This document shows, piece by piece, positions 48,304 to 56,930 of a stretch of 64,000 nucleotides of DNA (positions within the stretch are counted from its first letter, which is position 1; the number at the start of each line of letters is the position of its first letter). The position numbers and the translations under genes were made by a program. The notes under the pieces are model-generated. The model saw nothing but the letters and a program-made list of their open reading frames with translations, did not search any database and was not told the DNA's origin. The DNA is from an uncultured Planctomycetia bacterium (GTDB taxonomy: Bacteria > Omnitrophota > Gorgyraeia > Gorgyraeales > Gorgyraeaceae): positions 30,923-94,922 of the forward strand of contig CAZMID010000002.1 of the NCBI GenBank assembly GCA_964566255.1. Reading direction: 5' to 3'.

Positions 48304-50139
48304 ATGGCAGATTCTGAGAAGATTTTCAAGGAATTGAAAGAAAAATTATTTCCTAAAGGCTGTAAGAGGATACTTTTTGTTGTTCCTCCAGAGTCTCCTG
48401 AAGCCCAGTTTGATATAGATCTTGTGCTTCGAAAACGTTACCCGTGTTTTCCTCCTTATGGCTCTGGTATGCTTAGTCGACAGTTGAAGGATCGTGGTTA
48501 TGAGACAAATATCATTGATTTGAATTTTCTTATGCTTCAGGCAGTTCATAAGGATTCAGCAAACTTTAATTATCAGATTTGGCAGCAACAGTTAACCCAG
48601 GAGATTAATAGGTTTCGTCCAGACTTTATTGGTCTAAGTGTGATGTTTTCGTTTGCTCATGACTCAATGATTAAGGTATGTAAATATATCAAAAAAAGAC
48701 ATTCGGGAATTCCTATAATAGTTGGTGGAATTTACGTCTCTAACGATATCGAGCGTATCCTACGAGAATGTCAGGAAATTGATTTTGGAATGTCTTTTGA
48801 GGCAGATGTTAGCTTCCCCGATCTTATTGATGCCATTAATGAGAAGCTCCCAGTTGACAAAATTGCTCAATTGAGTGTTCTTCGTAACGGTGAATGTATT
48901 ACATGGAAGAATCGTACAGTACCCGATATCAACAGTCTAAATGTACAGCCGGACTATTTAGATCTGCCTATAGGTGAATATTCAAGATACGGAGCTCTTG
49001 GCAACTATAATTTTCTACTAGATGATAAGAAGGCCACTTCAGTGCAAGGTAATCGGGGGTGTCATGCTCGGTGCAGTTTTTGCTCTGCAAAAGAGTATCA
49101 TGGGGGTGGTGTAAGAAGTCGCAATGTTACTGCGGTTGTAGATGAGATTCAGTTTTTATATGAAACTTATGGGATTAGTCATTTCACATGGCTTGATGAT
49201 GATTTGCTCTTTAATGAGAAACGTGTCATAACGTTATTCACTGAGATTATAAAGCGCAATATTAAAATTACCTGGGATGCATCAAATGGGCTTATTGCCT
49301 CAGCCATTACACCTGAGATTATGACACTGGCTTATGAGTCTGGATGCATTGGGGTACATCTTGGGATTGAGTCAGGGAATGAGCAGATTCTTAGGTCTAT
49401 TCGTAAACCCAGCGGGAGGAGACATTTCTATCGCGCCAAAGAACAACTAGATAGGTACCCGCAGATCTTTGTAAAAGGGTATCTCATTATTGGTTTTCCA
49501 AATGAGACATTAGGTCAGATAATGGATACAGTTAAAATGGCATGTGAACTGGAGTTTCATTGGTATCCTTTACAATTCCTTTCTTTGTTACCCCGCACTG
49601 ATATTACAATGAACGCTGTTAAGCAGGGTTTGATTGGGAAAGATGATGTTTCATCTCAGTATCATGGTGAGACAGCTGGTTCAAAGAGTGCTAGTGGCGG
49701 CTCCCTGCGGCAGAGAGAGATTGAAGAAAAACTAGAGGCAAAAGAGTTTAAAAATATATTTGAAGAAAAAAGTATGGACTATGTACCTACGCTAGAGGAG
49801 TTGCGTGATATATGGTTTGTAGCTGATTATAAGATTAATTATGAAAAATTGTTGCACGTGAATGATCCAATCAAACTTAGCAACATTAGAAAGATGCTTA
49901 TGGAGATCGCGGATAAATATACATTTGAAAACAGTCTGGGTAATTTGTTCATGGCAGTTTTAGAACAAAAACTTGGTCAAAAAGAAGAAGGCATGCGCAG
50001 ACTCCTTCTCGCAGAACAATATCTCAGTGAATCTAAGTATTGGCAGAAAAGATATGAAGTATTAGGAATATATAACGTTGTTGATGCAGTAAAGAGAGGT
50101 TGTTTTTTAGCAAAATATGATAAAAGTTGCATTCGTTGA
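48304..50139 (+). CDS. B12-binding-domain radical SAM enzyme with about 150-aa C-terminal helical extension
   Basis: …PIIVGGIYVS…, then GNRGCHARCSFCSA. The C-terminal region is helical and TPR-like (…LGQKEEGMRRLLLAEQYLSESKYWQKRYEVLGIY…). Confidence 0.72.
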   Translation: MADSEKIFKELKEKLFPKGCKRILFVVPPESPEAQFDIDLVLRKRYPCFPPYGSGMLSRQLKDRGYETNIIDLNFLMLQAVHKDSANFNYQIWQQQLTQEINRFRPDFIGLSVMFSFAHDSMIKVCKYIKKRHSGIPIIVGGIYVSNDIERILRECQEIDFGMSFEADVSFPDLIDAINEKLPVDKIAQLSVLRNGECITWKNRTVPDINSLNVQPDYLDLPIGEYSRYGALGNYNFLLDDKKATSVQGNRGCHARCSFCSAKEYHGGGVRSRNVTAVVDEIQFLYETYGISHFTWLDDDLLFNEKRVITLFTEIIKRNIKITWDASNGLIASAITPEIMTLAYESGCIGVHLGIESGNEQILRSIRKPSGRRHFYRAKEQLDRYPQIFVKGYLIIGFPNETLGQIMDTVKMACELEFHWYPLQFLSLLPRTDITMNAVKQGLIGKDDVSSQYHGETAGSKSASGGSLRQREIEEKLEAKEFKNIFEEKSMDYVPTLEELRDIWFVADYKINYEKLLHVNDPIKLSNIRKMLMEIADKYTFENSLGNLFMAVLEQKLGQKEEGMRRLLLAEQYLSESKYWQKRYEVLGIYNVVDAVKRGCFLAKYDKSCIR

Positions 50140-51553
50140 TCTAATTAAAGAACTTCATGACCGGCATGGCATTTATTCACTGTCAAGTGCCATGAAGCAA
50201 CATGGTGTTGAGGTTTATTTTGTCGGGGAAAGAACTTATAAAAGGGCACTACGCAGAGTAAAAGAAATCAGACCAGATTTTTTACTCTATTCTTCTTTTT
50301 CCTCAACTATGTCAGTTTATACTGAGTTTGACAAAATGTCCAAAGAGTTTGTTAAGGCAAGATCCCTAATAGGAGGGCCTGGGCCGACATTTGATTGGAA
50401 GAGCATAGAGAATTCTTCTATTGATAGTGCATGTGTTGGTGAAGGAGAATTTGCATTAGTGGATTTTATTAAGAGTAACTTTCATACTACAAAAAATATA
50501 TTTAGAAGAGAAGAGCTTGCACCTTCTGGATTTTATCCTCTTGTAGAGTTGGATAGATTACCTTTTCCTGACAGGGATGTGGTTTATAGAGAAGATTCTA
50601 TACTTAGAAATCAACCATCTAAACAGTTTCTTTCTGGTAGAGGATGTCCTTATCAGTGTACATATTGTTTTAATCATAAGTTTAGAGATATTTTTAAAGG
50701 TCTTGGTCCATCTGTAAGAAAGAAGAGTCTTGGATATTTATTTGATGAGATACGCTATGTAAAGAAAAGATATCCGCTTTCAAGTATTGTATTTAACGAT
50801 GATACTTTCATTTTAGATAGAAAGTGGTTTGTAGAGTTTTGCGAGCGGTTTCCAAAAGAAATTGGTCTGACGTACACTTGTAATATAAGGCCTAATTTGA
50901 TTGACGAAGAAGTAGTCAGGTTATTAAAAGACAGTAATTGCACAGGTGTAAACTGGAGCATAGAGTCAGGAGATGATTACTTAAGAAATGAGGTACTTAA
51001 AAGAAATATAACTATTGAGCAGATATTGAATACATCGGAACTTTTAAGAAAGTATAAGATTTCGTATAGAATTGGAAATATTATTGGTTTGCCTGGAGAA
51101 AATTTTGAACAAATGCTTAAAACATTAAAGTTAAATATAAAGGCCAGACCTTCTATGGCATTTAGTGGCATTTTTGTCCCTTTTCCTGGTTTGGCTTTAA
51201 CAGAATATGCGATTTCCCACGGTTATTATAAGCCAGACACAAAGCGAGGTTTACCAGATGGCCGTACAAGATGCCTCATGAATGTAAGTCAAAATGAGAA
51301 TCTAAAGATTCAAAAACTATTCTGTTTATTTCCATTATTTGTGAAATATCCAGTTTTATTTGATAGAGATGCCTTGCGGAAAACGTTGTTTTCTATACCT
51401 TTATGTATATTAAAAATATTATTTACGTTTTATTATGGCTTTCACATGATGAAACTTCATATTCCAAAGGTATCTTTCTTCCAGAAATGTCAAATAGCCA
51501 TGAGATTTATTATAAATTTATATATATCGAATAAAAGGTATAGAAGGAAATAA
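50117..51553 (+). CDS. B12-binding-domain radical SAM enzyme
   Basis: N-terminal B12-binding-like fold (…LIGGPGPTF…VGEGE…), then SGRGCPYQCTYCFN. Confidence 0.72.
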   Translation: MIKVAFVDLIKELHDRHGIYSLSSAMKQHGVEVYFVGERTYKRALRRVKEIRPDFLLYSSFSSTMSVYTEFDKMSKEFVKARSLIGGPGPTFDWKSIENSSIDSACVGEGEFALVDFIKSNFHTTKNIFRREELAPSGFYPLVELDRLPFPDRDVVYREDSILRNQPSKQFLSGRGCPYQCTYCFNHKFRDIFKGLGPSVRKKSLGYLFDEIRYVKKRYPLSSIVFNDDTFILDRKWFVEFCERFPKEIGLTYTCNIRPNLIDEEVVRLLKDSNCTGVNWSIESGDDYLRNEVLKRNITIEQILNTSELLRKYKISYRIGNIIGLPGENFEQMLKTLKLNIKARPSMAFSGIFVPFPGLALTEYAISHGYYKPDTKRGLPDGRTRCLMNVSQNENLKIQKLFCLFPLFVKYPVLFDRDALRKTLFSIPLCILKILFTFYYGFHMMKLHIPKVSFFQKCQIAMRFIINLYISNKRYRRK

Positions 51554-51567
51554 AAAAGGGGATTATC

Positions 51568-52752
51568 ATGAAAAGACTATCGAAGATTACAGATGGATTG
51601 ATTGGCCAACCTATGTTTAAACTTCTTGTAAAAGTAAAGGAGATGGAAGAAAGAGGCGCTAGGATCTTTCATTTTGAAATAGGGGATTCGGATTTTAGGG
51701 CGCATCAACATATTGTAGAAGCAACCAAAAAGGCGCTCGATAATGATAAAACTCATTATGTTTCATCAATAGGTATATCAGAATTAAGAGAGGCTATTTG
51801 CGATTCTACAGAAGAGACATTGGGTTTTAGACCAGATCTAGACCAGGTGGTTGTTATGCCGGCCAATGGTATTATTGATTTTGTAATGCGCTGTGTTGCT
51901 GAACCAGGTGACGAGGTTCTGTATCCTGACCCAGGGTTTTCTACATATCTAGCTGTAACTAATTATACAGGCATTAAAAAGGTCGGGATCCCTGTAAGGG
52001 AAGAAAATAGATTCCACATGGAACCAGAAGAAATAAGAAGACGGATAACTGATAAAACGCGACTTCTAATTATTAACTCTCCACAAAACCCAACAGGTGC
52101 TGTGATGAGCAAAAAAGATGTAGAAGAAATCGCCTTAATAGCCCAAGAGAATGATATCTATATTTTGAGTGATGAGATATATTCAAAGGTTATTTATGGG
52201 AAGACACATTATTCACCCAGTTTTCTAGATAGATGTTTAGACAGGACTATTATTTTAAATGGGTTTGCAAAAAATTATTCAATGCCTGGATGGAGATTAG
52301 GTTATGCGATAGGTCCAAAAGAGGTTATCAAAAAGATGGGCATCCTTTTTCAGACAATTTATTCTTGCACACCTCCTTTTATTCAATATGGAGGGATTGC
52401 AGCACTAAGAGGAGATCAGAGAGCTATCGGAGAAAGGATACAGAAATATAAAGCACTAAGAGATCTAATTGTTAAGGGGTTAAATGAGATTCCTGGGGTA
52501 TCTTGCATGGTTCCAGAGGGTGCTTGTTATGTTTTTCCGAATATAAAAGGGACTGGGATGGACAGTGTTCAGTTTGCTGATTTTGTACTGGAGAAGGCAG
52601 GAGTAGCCCTTTTACCTGGAACGTGTTTTGGTGAGTATGGTGAGGGACATGTAAGACTTTGTTACACGAGACATCCAGAAGTTATTAAAGAGGCATGCGA
52701 AAAAATGAAAAAGGCATTCATGGAGAAGAAAAATGAAGTCTGTATTCATTAA
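51568..52752 (+). CDS. Class I/II PLP-dependent aminotransferase (aspartate aminotransferase-like fold type I)
   Basis: Length and motifs (…IINSPQNPTGAV…, …NGFAKNYSMPGWRLGYAIG…) match the pattern with the conserved PLP-binding Lys. The C-terminal HVRL is present. Confidence 0.8.
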   Translation: MKRLSKITDGLIGQPMFKLLVKVKEMEERGARIFHFEIGDSDFRAHQHIVEATKKALDNDKTHYVSSIGISELREAICDSTEETLGFRPDLDQVVVMPANGIIDFVMRCVAEPGDEVLYPDPGFSTYLAVTNYTGIKKVGIPVREENRFHMEPEEIRRRITDKTRLLIINSPQNPTGAVMSKKDVEEIALIAQENDIYILSDEIYSKVIYGKTHYSPSFLDRCLDRTIILNGFAKNYSMPGWRLGYAIGPKEVIKKMGILFQTIYSCTPPFIQYGGIAALRGDQRAIGERIQKYKALRDLIVKGLNEIPGVSCMVPEGACYVFPNIKGTGMDSVQFADFVLEKAGVALLPGTCFGEYGEGHVRLCYTRHPEVIKEACEKMKKAFMEKKNEVCIH

Positions 52753-53887
52753 TGATATTACATTGAGAGATGGGGAACAGGCTGCAGGAGTTAATTTTTT
52801 CCCTGAGGAAAAATTAAAGATTGCCGAAAGCTTGGTTAAATTGGGCGTCCCTATAATTGAAGCTGGGTTTCCAATAGCTTCAGACCAGGACGCTAAAGGC
52901 GTGGAGCTGGTTGCTAAAGAATTCGGAAAAGATATTATCATTAGCGCTATGTGTAGAGCTGTATTTAAAGATATAGAAGTAGCGAGTAAATCATTAGGAG
53001 ATGCCCCTAAAAGAAGGATACAGGTTGTTATGGGTACCTCCGACATACATTTAAAGCATAAGTTTAACATATCAAGAGAAAAGGCCTTAGATATCTCAGT
53101 AGAGTCGGTTAGATATGCTTGTAAGTTTTCTAACGATATAGAGTTTGCGGCCGAAGATTCTACAAGAAGCGATCTAAGCTATCTTATAGAGGTGTGCAAG
53201 GCTTGTGTTGCAGCAGGTGCAAAGACAATAGAACTTCCTGATACTGTTGGATATGCTACACCAGAAGAATATTTCAATATGGTAGCTTCAGTTGTAAAAT
53301 CCCTTCCTTCAGAAGTGATTGTTTCTACGCACTGTCATAATGATCTTGGTATGGCAACAGCAAATACACTCGCAGGCATTCAGGCAGGTGCCAAGCAGGC
53401 AGAAGTTACCATAAATGGAATTGGAGAAAGAGTTGGGAATGCATCTTCAGAAGAGGTCATTATGGCTTTAAGGGCGAGGAGAGATTTTTATAAGATCGAT
53501 GTAGACTATGTCAATGCCAAAGAGATTATGAAGTTGAGTAAGTTGATTGAGGAACTTTCCCAGATAAAGATCGCTCATAATAAGGCTGTTGTTGGAAAAG
53601 GGGCATTTTTACATGAATCAGGCATACATCAAGATGGGCTTATAAAGTCACCTCAGACGTATCAACTTTTAAACCCAGGAGACATTGGTCTAGAGGGGTA
53701 TGAGTTAGTTATAGGAAAACTCTCAGGGAAGAATGCCTTAAAAGAGAGGATGAATATTATTGGGATTGGGTTAGGCGATAAAGATATGGCAGATTTTTCT
53801 AGGTTTTTTAAAGATCATGTTGCAAAAAAGAAATTTATTACAGATGATGATATATCAAATCTATACAAGAGATGGAAAAACAGCTAG
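52733..53887 (+). CDS. HMGL-like DRE-TIM metallolyase (2-isopropylmalate/homocitrate/citramalate synthase family) lacking a LeuA regulatory domain
   Basis: INDITLRDGEQAAGVNF… matches the (L)RDGEQ motif, and …HCHNDLGMATANTLAGIQAGA… matches HxH. It is 384 aa, catalytic TIM barrel plus a short subdomain. Confidence 0.75.
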   Translation: MKSVFINDITLRDGEQAAGVNFFPEEKLKIAESLVKLGVPIIEAGFPIASDQDAKGVELVAKEFGKDIIISAMCRAVFKDIEVASKSLGDAPKRRIQVVMGTSDIHLKHKFNISREKALDISVESVRYACKFSNDIEFAAEDSTRSDLSYLIEVCKACVAAGAKTIELPDTVGYATPEEYFNMVASVVKSLPSEVIVSTHCHNDLGMATANTLAGIQAGAKQAEVTINGIGERVGNASSEEVIMALRARRDFYKIDVDYVNAKEIMKLSKLIEELSQIKIAHNKAVVGKGAFLHESGIHQDGLIKSPQTYQLLNPGDIGLEGYELVIGKLSGKNALKERMNIIGIGLGDKDMADFSRFFKDHVAKKKFITDDDISNLYKRWKNS

Positions 53888-54693
53888 TAGAAATATTTAA
53901 AAAAATGTGTTTGATCCGCTATTTTGAGCTCCAGGTTATTGAGCCCAGAAAGAATGGTCTTACGCCTGGCCCTGTTTATTTGTCAGTAGGACAGGAGGCT
54001 ATTTCTAGCGCAATTTCAATGCTTACAAAAGGATATTCAGTTTTTGCACAGCATCGCTGTCACTCAGTGTATTTAGCATATGGTGGAGATCCTGGACGTC
54101 TTGTAGACGAGTTGTTTGGTCGAAGTTCAGGGTGTTGTGGGGGTAAGGGTGGCTCACCGTGCATACAAGATTTAAATATTCCTATGTATGGGCATCATGG
54201 GTTAATAGGAGAGAATATACCTTTGGCGACTGGTTATGCATTGGCTACGGGAAAACCTACAGTTGCCTATTTTGGCGATGCAGCATCTGAAGAAGATTAT
54301 GCATTGACTTCATTTGGTTTTGCTACAACTCATAAATTACCTATTTTATATGTTTGCGAAGATAACGATTTATCCATTTTAACTCCTATTAAGGACAGAA
54401 GAGATTGGAATGTTCATGATGTGACCACAGCTATGGGATTAAAGACCGAAGTGATTGTAGATGATCCTAAAGTAATCCTGGATACTGTTGGGGGGCTGAT
54501 TGAAAAGCTTCCTGCATTTGTCAATATTCAGACCACCAGGCACCTTTGGCATGAAGGGGGAGGGATCGATGGTCCTCCTGTGAGAGATAGAATAGCTGAG
54601 ATGAGAAAAATAATACCCGATGCATCAAAAATAGAAGATGAAATAAAAACATATGTTGAGGAACTATGGCAAAGACAGTCGCAGAAACTATAA
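53872..54693 (+). CDS. Thiamine-diphosphate-dependent E1 alpha-like subunit (short form)
   Basis: …CLIRYFELQV…PVYLSVGQEAI… matches the E1α N-terminal motif. TPP-binding is YFGDAASEEDYALTSFGFA…CEDND. It is 273 aa. Confidence 0.68.
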   Translation: MEKQLVEIFKKMCLIRYFELQVIEPRKNGLTPGPVYLSVGQEAISSAISMLTKGYSVFAQHRCHSVYLAYGGDPGRLVDELFGRSSGCCGGKGGSPCIQDLNIPMYGHHGLIGENIPLATGYALATGKPTVAYFGDAASEEDYALTSFGFATTHKLPILYVCEDNDLSILTPIKDRRDWNVHDVTTAMGLKTEVIVDDPKVILDTVGGLIEKLPAFVNIQTTRHLWHEGGGIDGPPVRDRIAEMRKIIPDASKIEDEIKTYVEELWQRQSQKL

Positions 54694-55553
54694 AAGAAGT
54701 TACTCGCAGGCATTTAGAGGAAAACAAAGGTTTATTGTTCGGGCAGTCCATAACAGCTGTTGGATGGGTAAATAATACAGTGCCTGACTGTAGAAATATT
54801 GTTGAATTTCCTATGTCTGATGTGTCCAATATGGGGATAGCTTGTGGTGCAGCAATTAGTGGGCGGCGACCTATTATTGTTATTCGTTTTCAGGATTTTA
54901 TGTGGCTCAATAGCAGTACCTTGGTAAATTATGCTGCCAAGTCCAAGGATATTATGGGCATACCGACGCCAATATTTGTAAGGGCTTTGGCCTTGGATAA
55001 TGCAGGCTGTGTCCATTCAGGTGTCCTCCACGGTATATTTATGCATATGCCGGGTTTCAGGGTTTGTTCTCCTATGACACCAAAAGAATATGAGGAAGCC
55101 TGGGATGATTTTATGGCTCATGACGATCCAATGATTGTTAGCGAACATAGAAAGAGTTTCAATAATACTGAGGAGTTTGCAAATACAAACAATAAAGCAG
55201 ATGTAACATTGATTTCGATATCATCGGCACGTTTTAATGTGATTAAGGCTGCATCTATACTTGAGAAAGAAGGAATTAGATGTAATCTTGCTCATGTTAT
55301 GTGGCTTAAACCTTTCAAAAAGGATCATATCTTGGAGGCGTTGAACAATAGCAAAAGAGGTTTGGTAATAGATGCTGGTTTTGAAATATGCGGGGCTTCT
55401 CAATCTATAGCTTATGAACTTATGTTGGAGACTGGTAAGCCTGTGAAGGCTTTAGGATTAGAAGATCGTTCAGTAGGTGTGGGTCTTGAATCCCGAAACC
55501 CAACACCATCTGCTGAAAGAATAGTTGCAGGAGTCAAAGATTTTTTACAATAG
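54666..55553 (+). CDS. E1 beta-like / transketolase pyrimidine-binding subunit (short form)
   Basis: Its position after the E1α-like gene, the fold-compatible pattern (…GIACGAAISGRRPII…) and 295 aa support the call. The assignment is weaker than for the pair at 43517 and 44550. Confidence 0.6.
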   Translation: MAKTVAETIKEVTRRHLEENKGLLFGQSITAVGWVNNTVPDCRNIVEFPMSDVSNMGIACGAAISGRRPIIVIRFQDFMWLNSSTLVNYAAKSKDIMGIPTPIFVRALALDNAGCVHSGVLHGIFMHMPGFRVCSPMTPKEYEEAWDDFMAHDDPMIVSEHRKSFNNTEEFANTNNKADVTLISISSARFNVIKAASILEKEGIRCNLAHVMWLKPFKKDHILEALNNSKRGLVIDAGFEICGASQSIAYELMLETGKPVKALGLEDRSVGVGLESRNPTPSAERIVAGVKDFLQ

Positions 55554-55562
55554 AGGTAACTC

Positions 55563-56930
55563 GTGTTAGATATTTTATTAGTAAATCCTAGTAATCGACT
55601 TTCTCAATTTGGTGGGGTTTCCAAATATGCTACTATCGCTCAGCCATTAGGAATAACTATGCTTGCTGCTTACATAAGAAAGCATAGCTTTTCTGTTGAG
55701 ATCCTTGATGCAGAGGTTTTAGATCTTATCCCTGAGAGGGTTATAGACGAGATCGTGCGCCGCAACCCAAGATTTGTAGGTATCACTGCTTTTACGACAA
55801 AGATGACAGCAGCTAATAGAATATTTACTCTTTTAAAAGAAAAGGCACCTTATATAAAAACTATTATTGGAGGACATCATCCCTCTGCAATACCTGAAGA
55901 GACATTAAAAGAGTCAAATGTCGATTTTGTTGTTAAAGGTGAAGGGTACAAATCTATAGTAGATATACTTAGTGGGAGGAAAGACCCAATTCAAACAGCA
56001 GAACTGATGAAGGATATAAATGAACTTCCTCTTCCTGCGTGGGATTTGTTGCCTATGGATAAATATAGAGCTCATCACTGGCATACATGGGGTATTGGTC
56101 AGGCGAATTCATGTGCCTTGATCTATACATCTCTCGGATGCCCTTTTCAATGTAAATTCTGCAGTGTTTCTGTAGTCTATGGCAAGAGGATTTATAGAAA
56201 AAAGAGCCCTGAGCGCGTAATCCAGGATTTTGACGTGCTTTATAATAAGTATCACATTAAGCATATTGAGATTATAGACGATACATTTACCTTGGATAGG
56301 ACTCATGTAGAAAAGATATGTGACCTTTTGATTGAACGGAAGTACAATTTTAATATGTGGGCATTTTCAAGGACAGACACCACAGATCCTTATCTTATGG
56401 AGAAGATGAAAAAGGCAGGTATTAATTGGGTTTTTATGGGGATAGAAGCTGGTAATAGTAAAGTTTTGGATTCTGTGCTCAAAAAACAAAATTTGGAACA
56501 GATCCGTAATGCTATTGATATTGCGCATAAAGCTGGAATGAATGTCGGCACAAATTACATATTTGGCCTTCCTGATGACAGCTTTGAGACTATGCAGGAT
56601 ACACTTGATTTAGCATTGGAGCTTAATACAGAATGGAGTAATTTTTTTATAGCCATGCCTTATCCAGGGACAGAGATGTATGGTAAATCCAGAGCTGAAG
56701 ATTTACCTCAAGAATGGGAACAATATGGCTTCTTTGCACCGAATGCAAGGACATTACCTACGAGATATGTAAGTGGTGAGGATGTGGTGAGATTTAGAGA
56801 TAAGGCATTCCAGACTTTTTTTTCAAATCGGAATTATCAGGATATGATAGAAAAAAAGTTTGGCATGAAAAAATATATACAAGATATGCTGAAAAAGAAA
56901 ATCGGAAGGGATTATGAAACAAAGAGATAA
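55563..56930 (+). CDS. B12-binding-domain radical SAM enzyme (paralog of the ORFs at 41115 and 56914)
   Basis: GTG start. …IIGGHHPS…, KYRAHHWHTWG, TSLGCPFQCKFCSV. Confidence 0.74.
   Translation: MLDILLVNPSNRLSQFGGVSKYATIAQPLGITMLAAYIRKHSFSVEILDAEVLDLIPERVIDEIVRRNPRFVGITAFTTKMTAANRIFTLLKEKAPYIKTIIGGHHPSAIPEETLKESNVDFVVKGEGYKSIVDILSGRKDPIQTAELMKDINELPLPAWDLLPMDKYRAHHWHTWGIGQANSCALIYTSLGCPFQCKFCSVSVVYGKRIYRKKSPERVIQDFDVLYNKYHIKHIEIIDDTFTLDRTHVEKICDLLIERKYNFNMWAFSRTDTTDPYLMEKMKKAGINWVFMGIEAGNSKVLDSVLKKQNLEQIRNAIDIAHKAGMNVGTNYIFGLPDDSFETMQDTLDLALELNTEWSNFFIAMPYPGTEMYGKSRAEDLPQEWEQYGFFAPNARTLPTRYVSGEDVVRFRDKAFQTFFSNRNYQDMIEKKFGMKKYIQDMLKKKIGRDYETKR

Noticed and set aside
52233-52451. 72-aa + strand ORF inside the aminotransferase gene
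   Set aside because: It is an alternative frame of the ORF at 51568..52752, the host CDS has conserved aminotransferase motifs, and there is no RBS.
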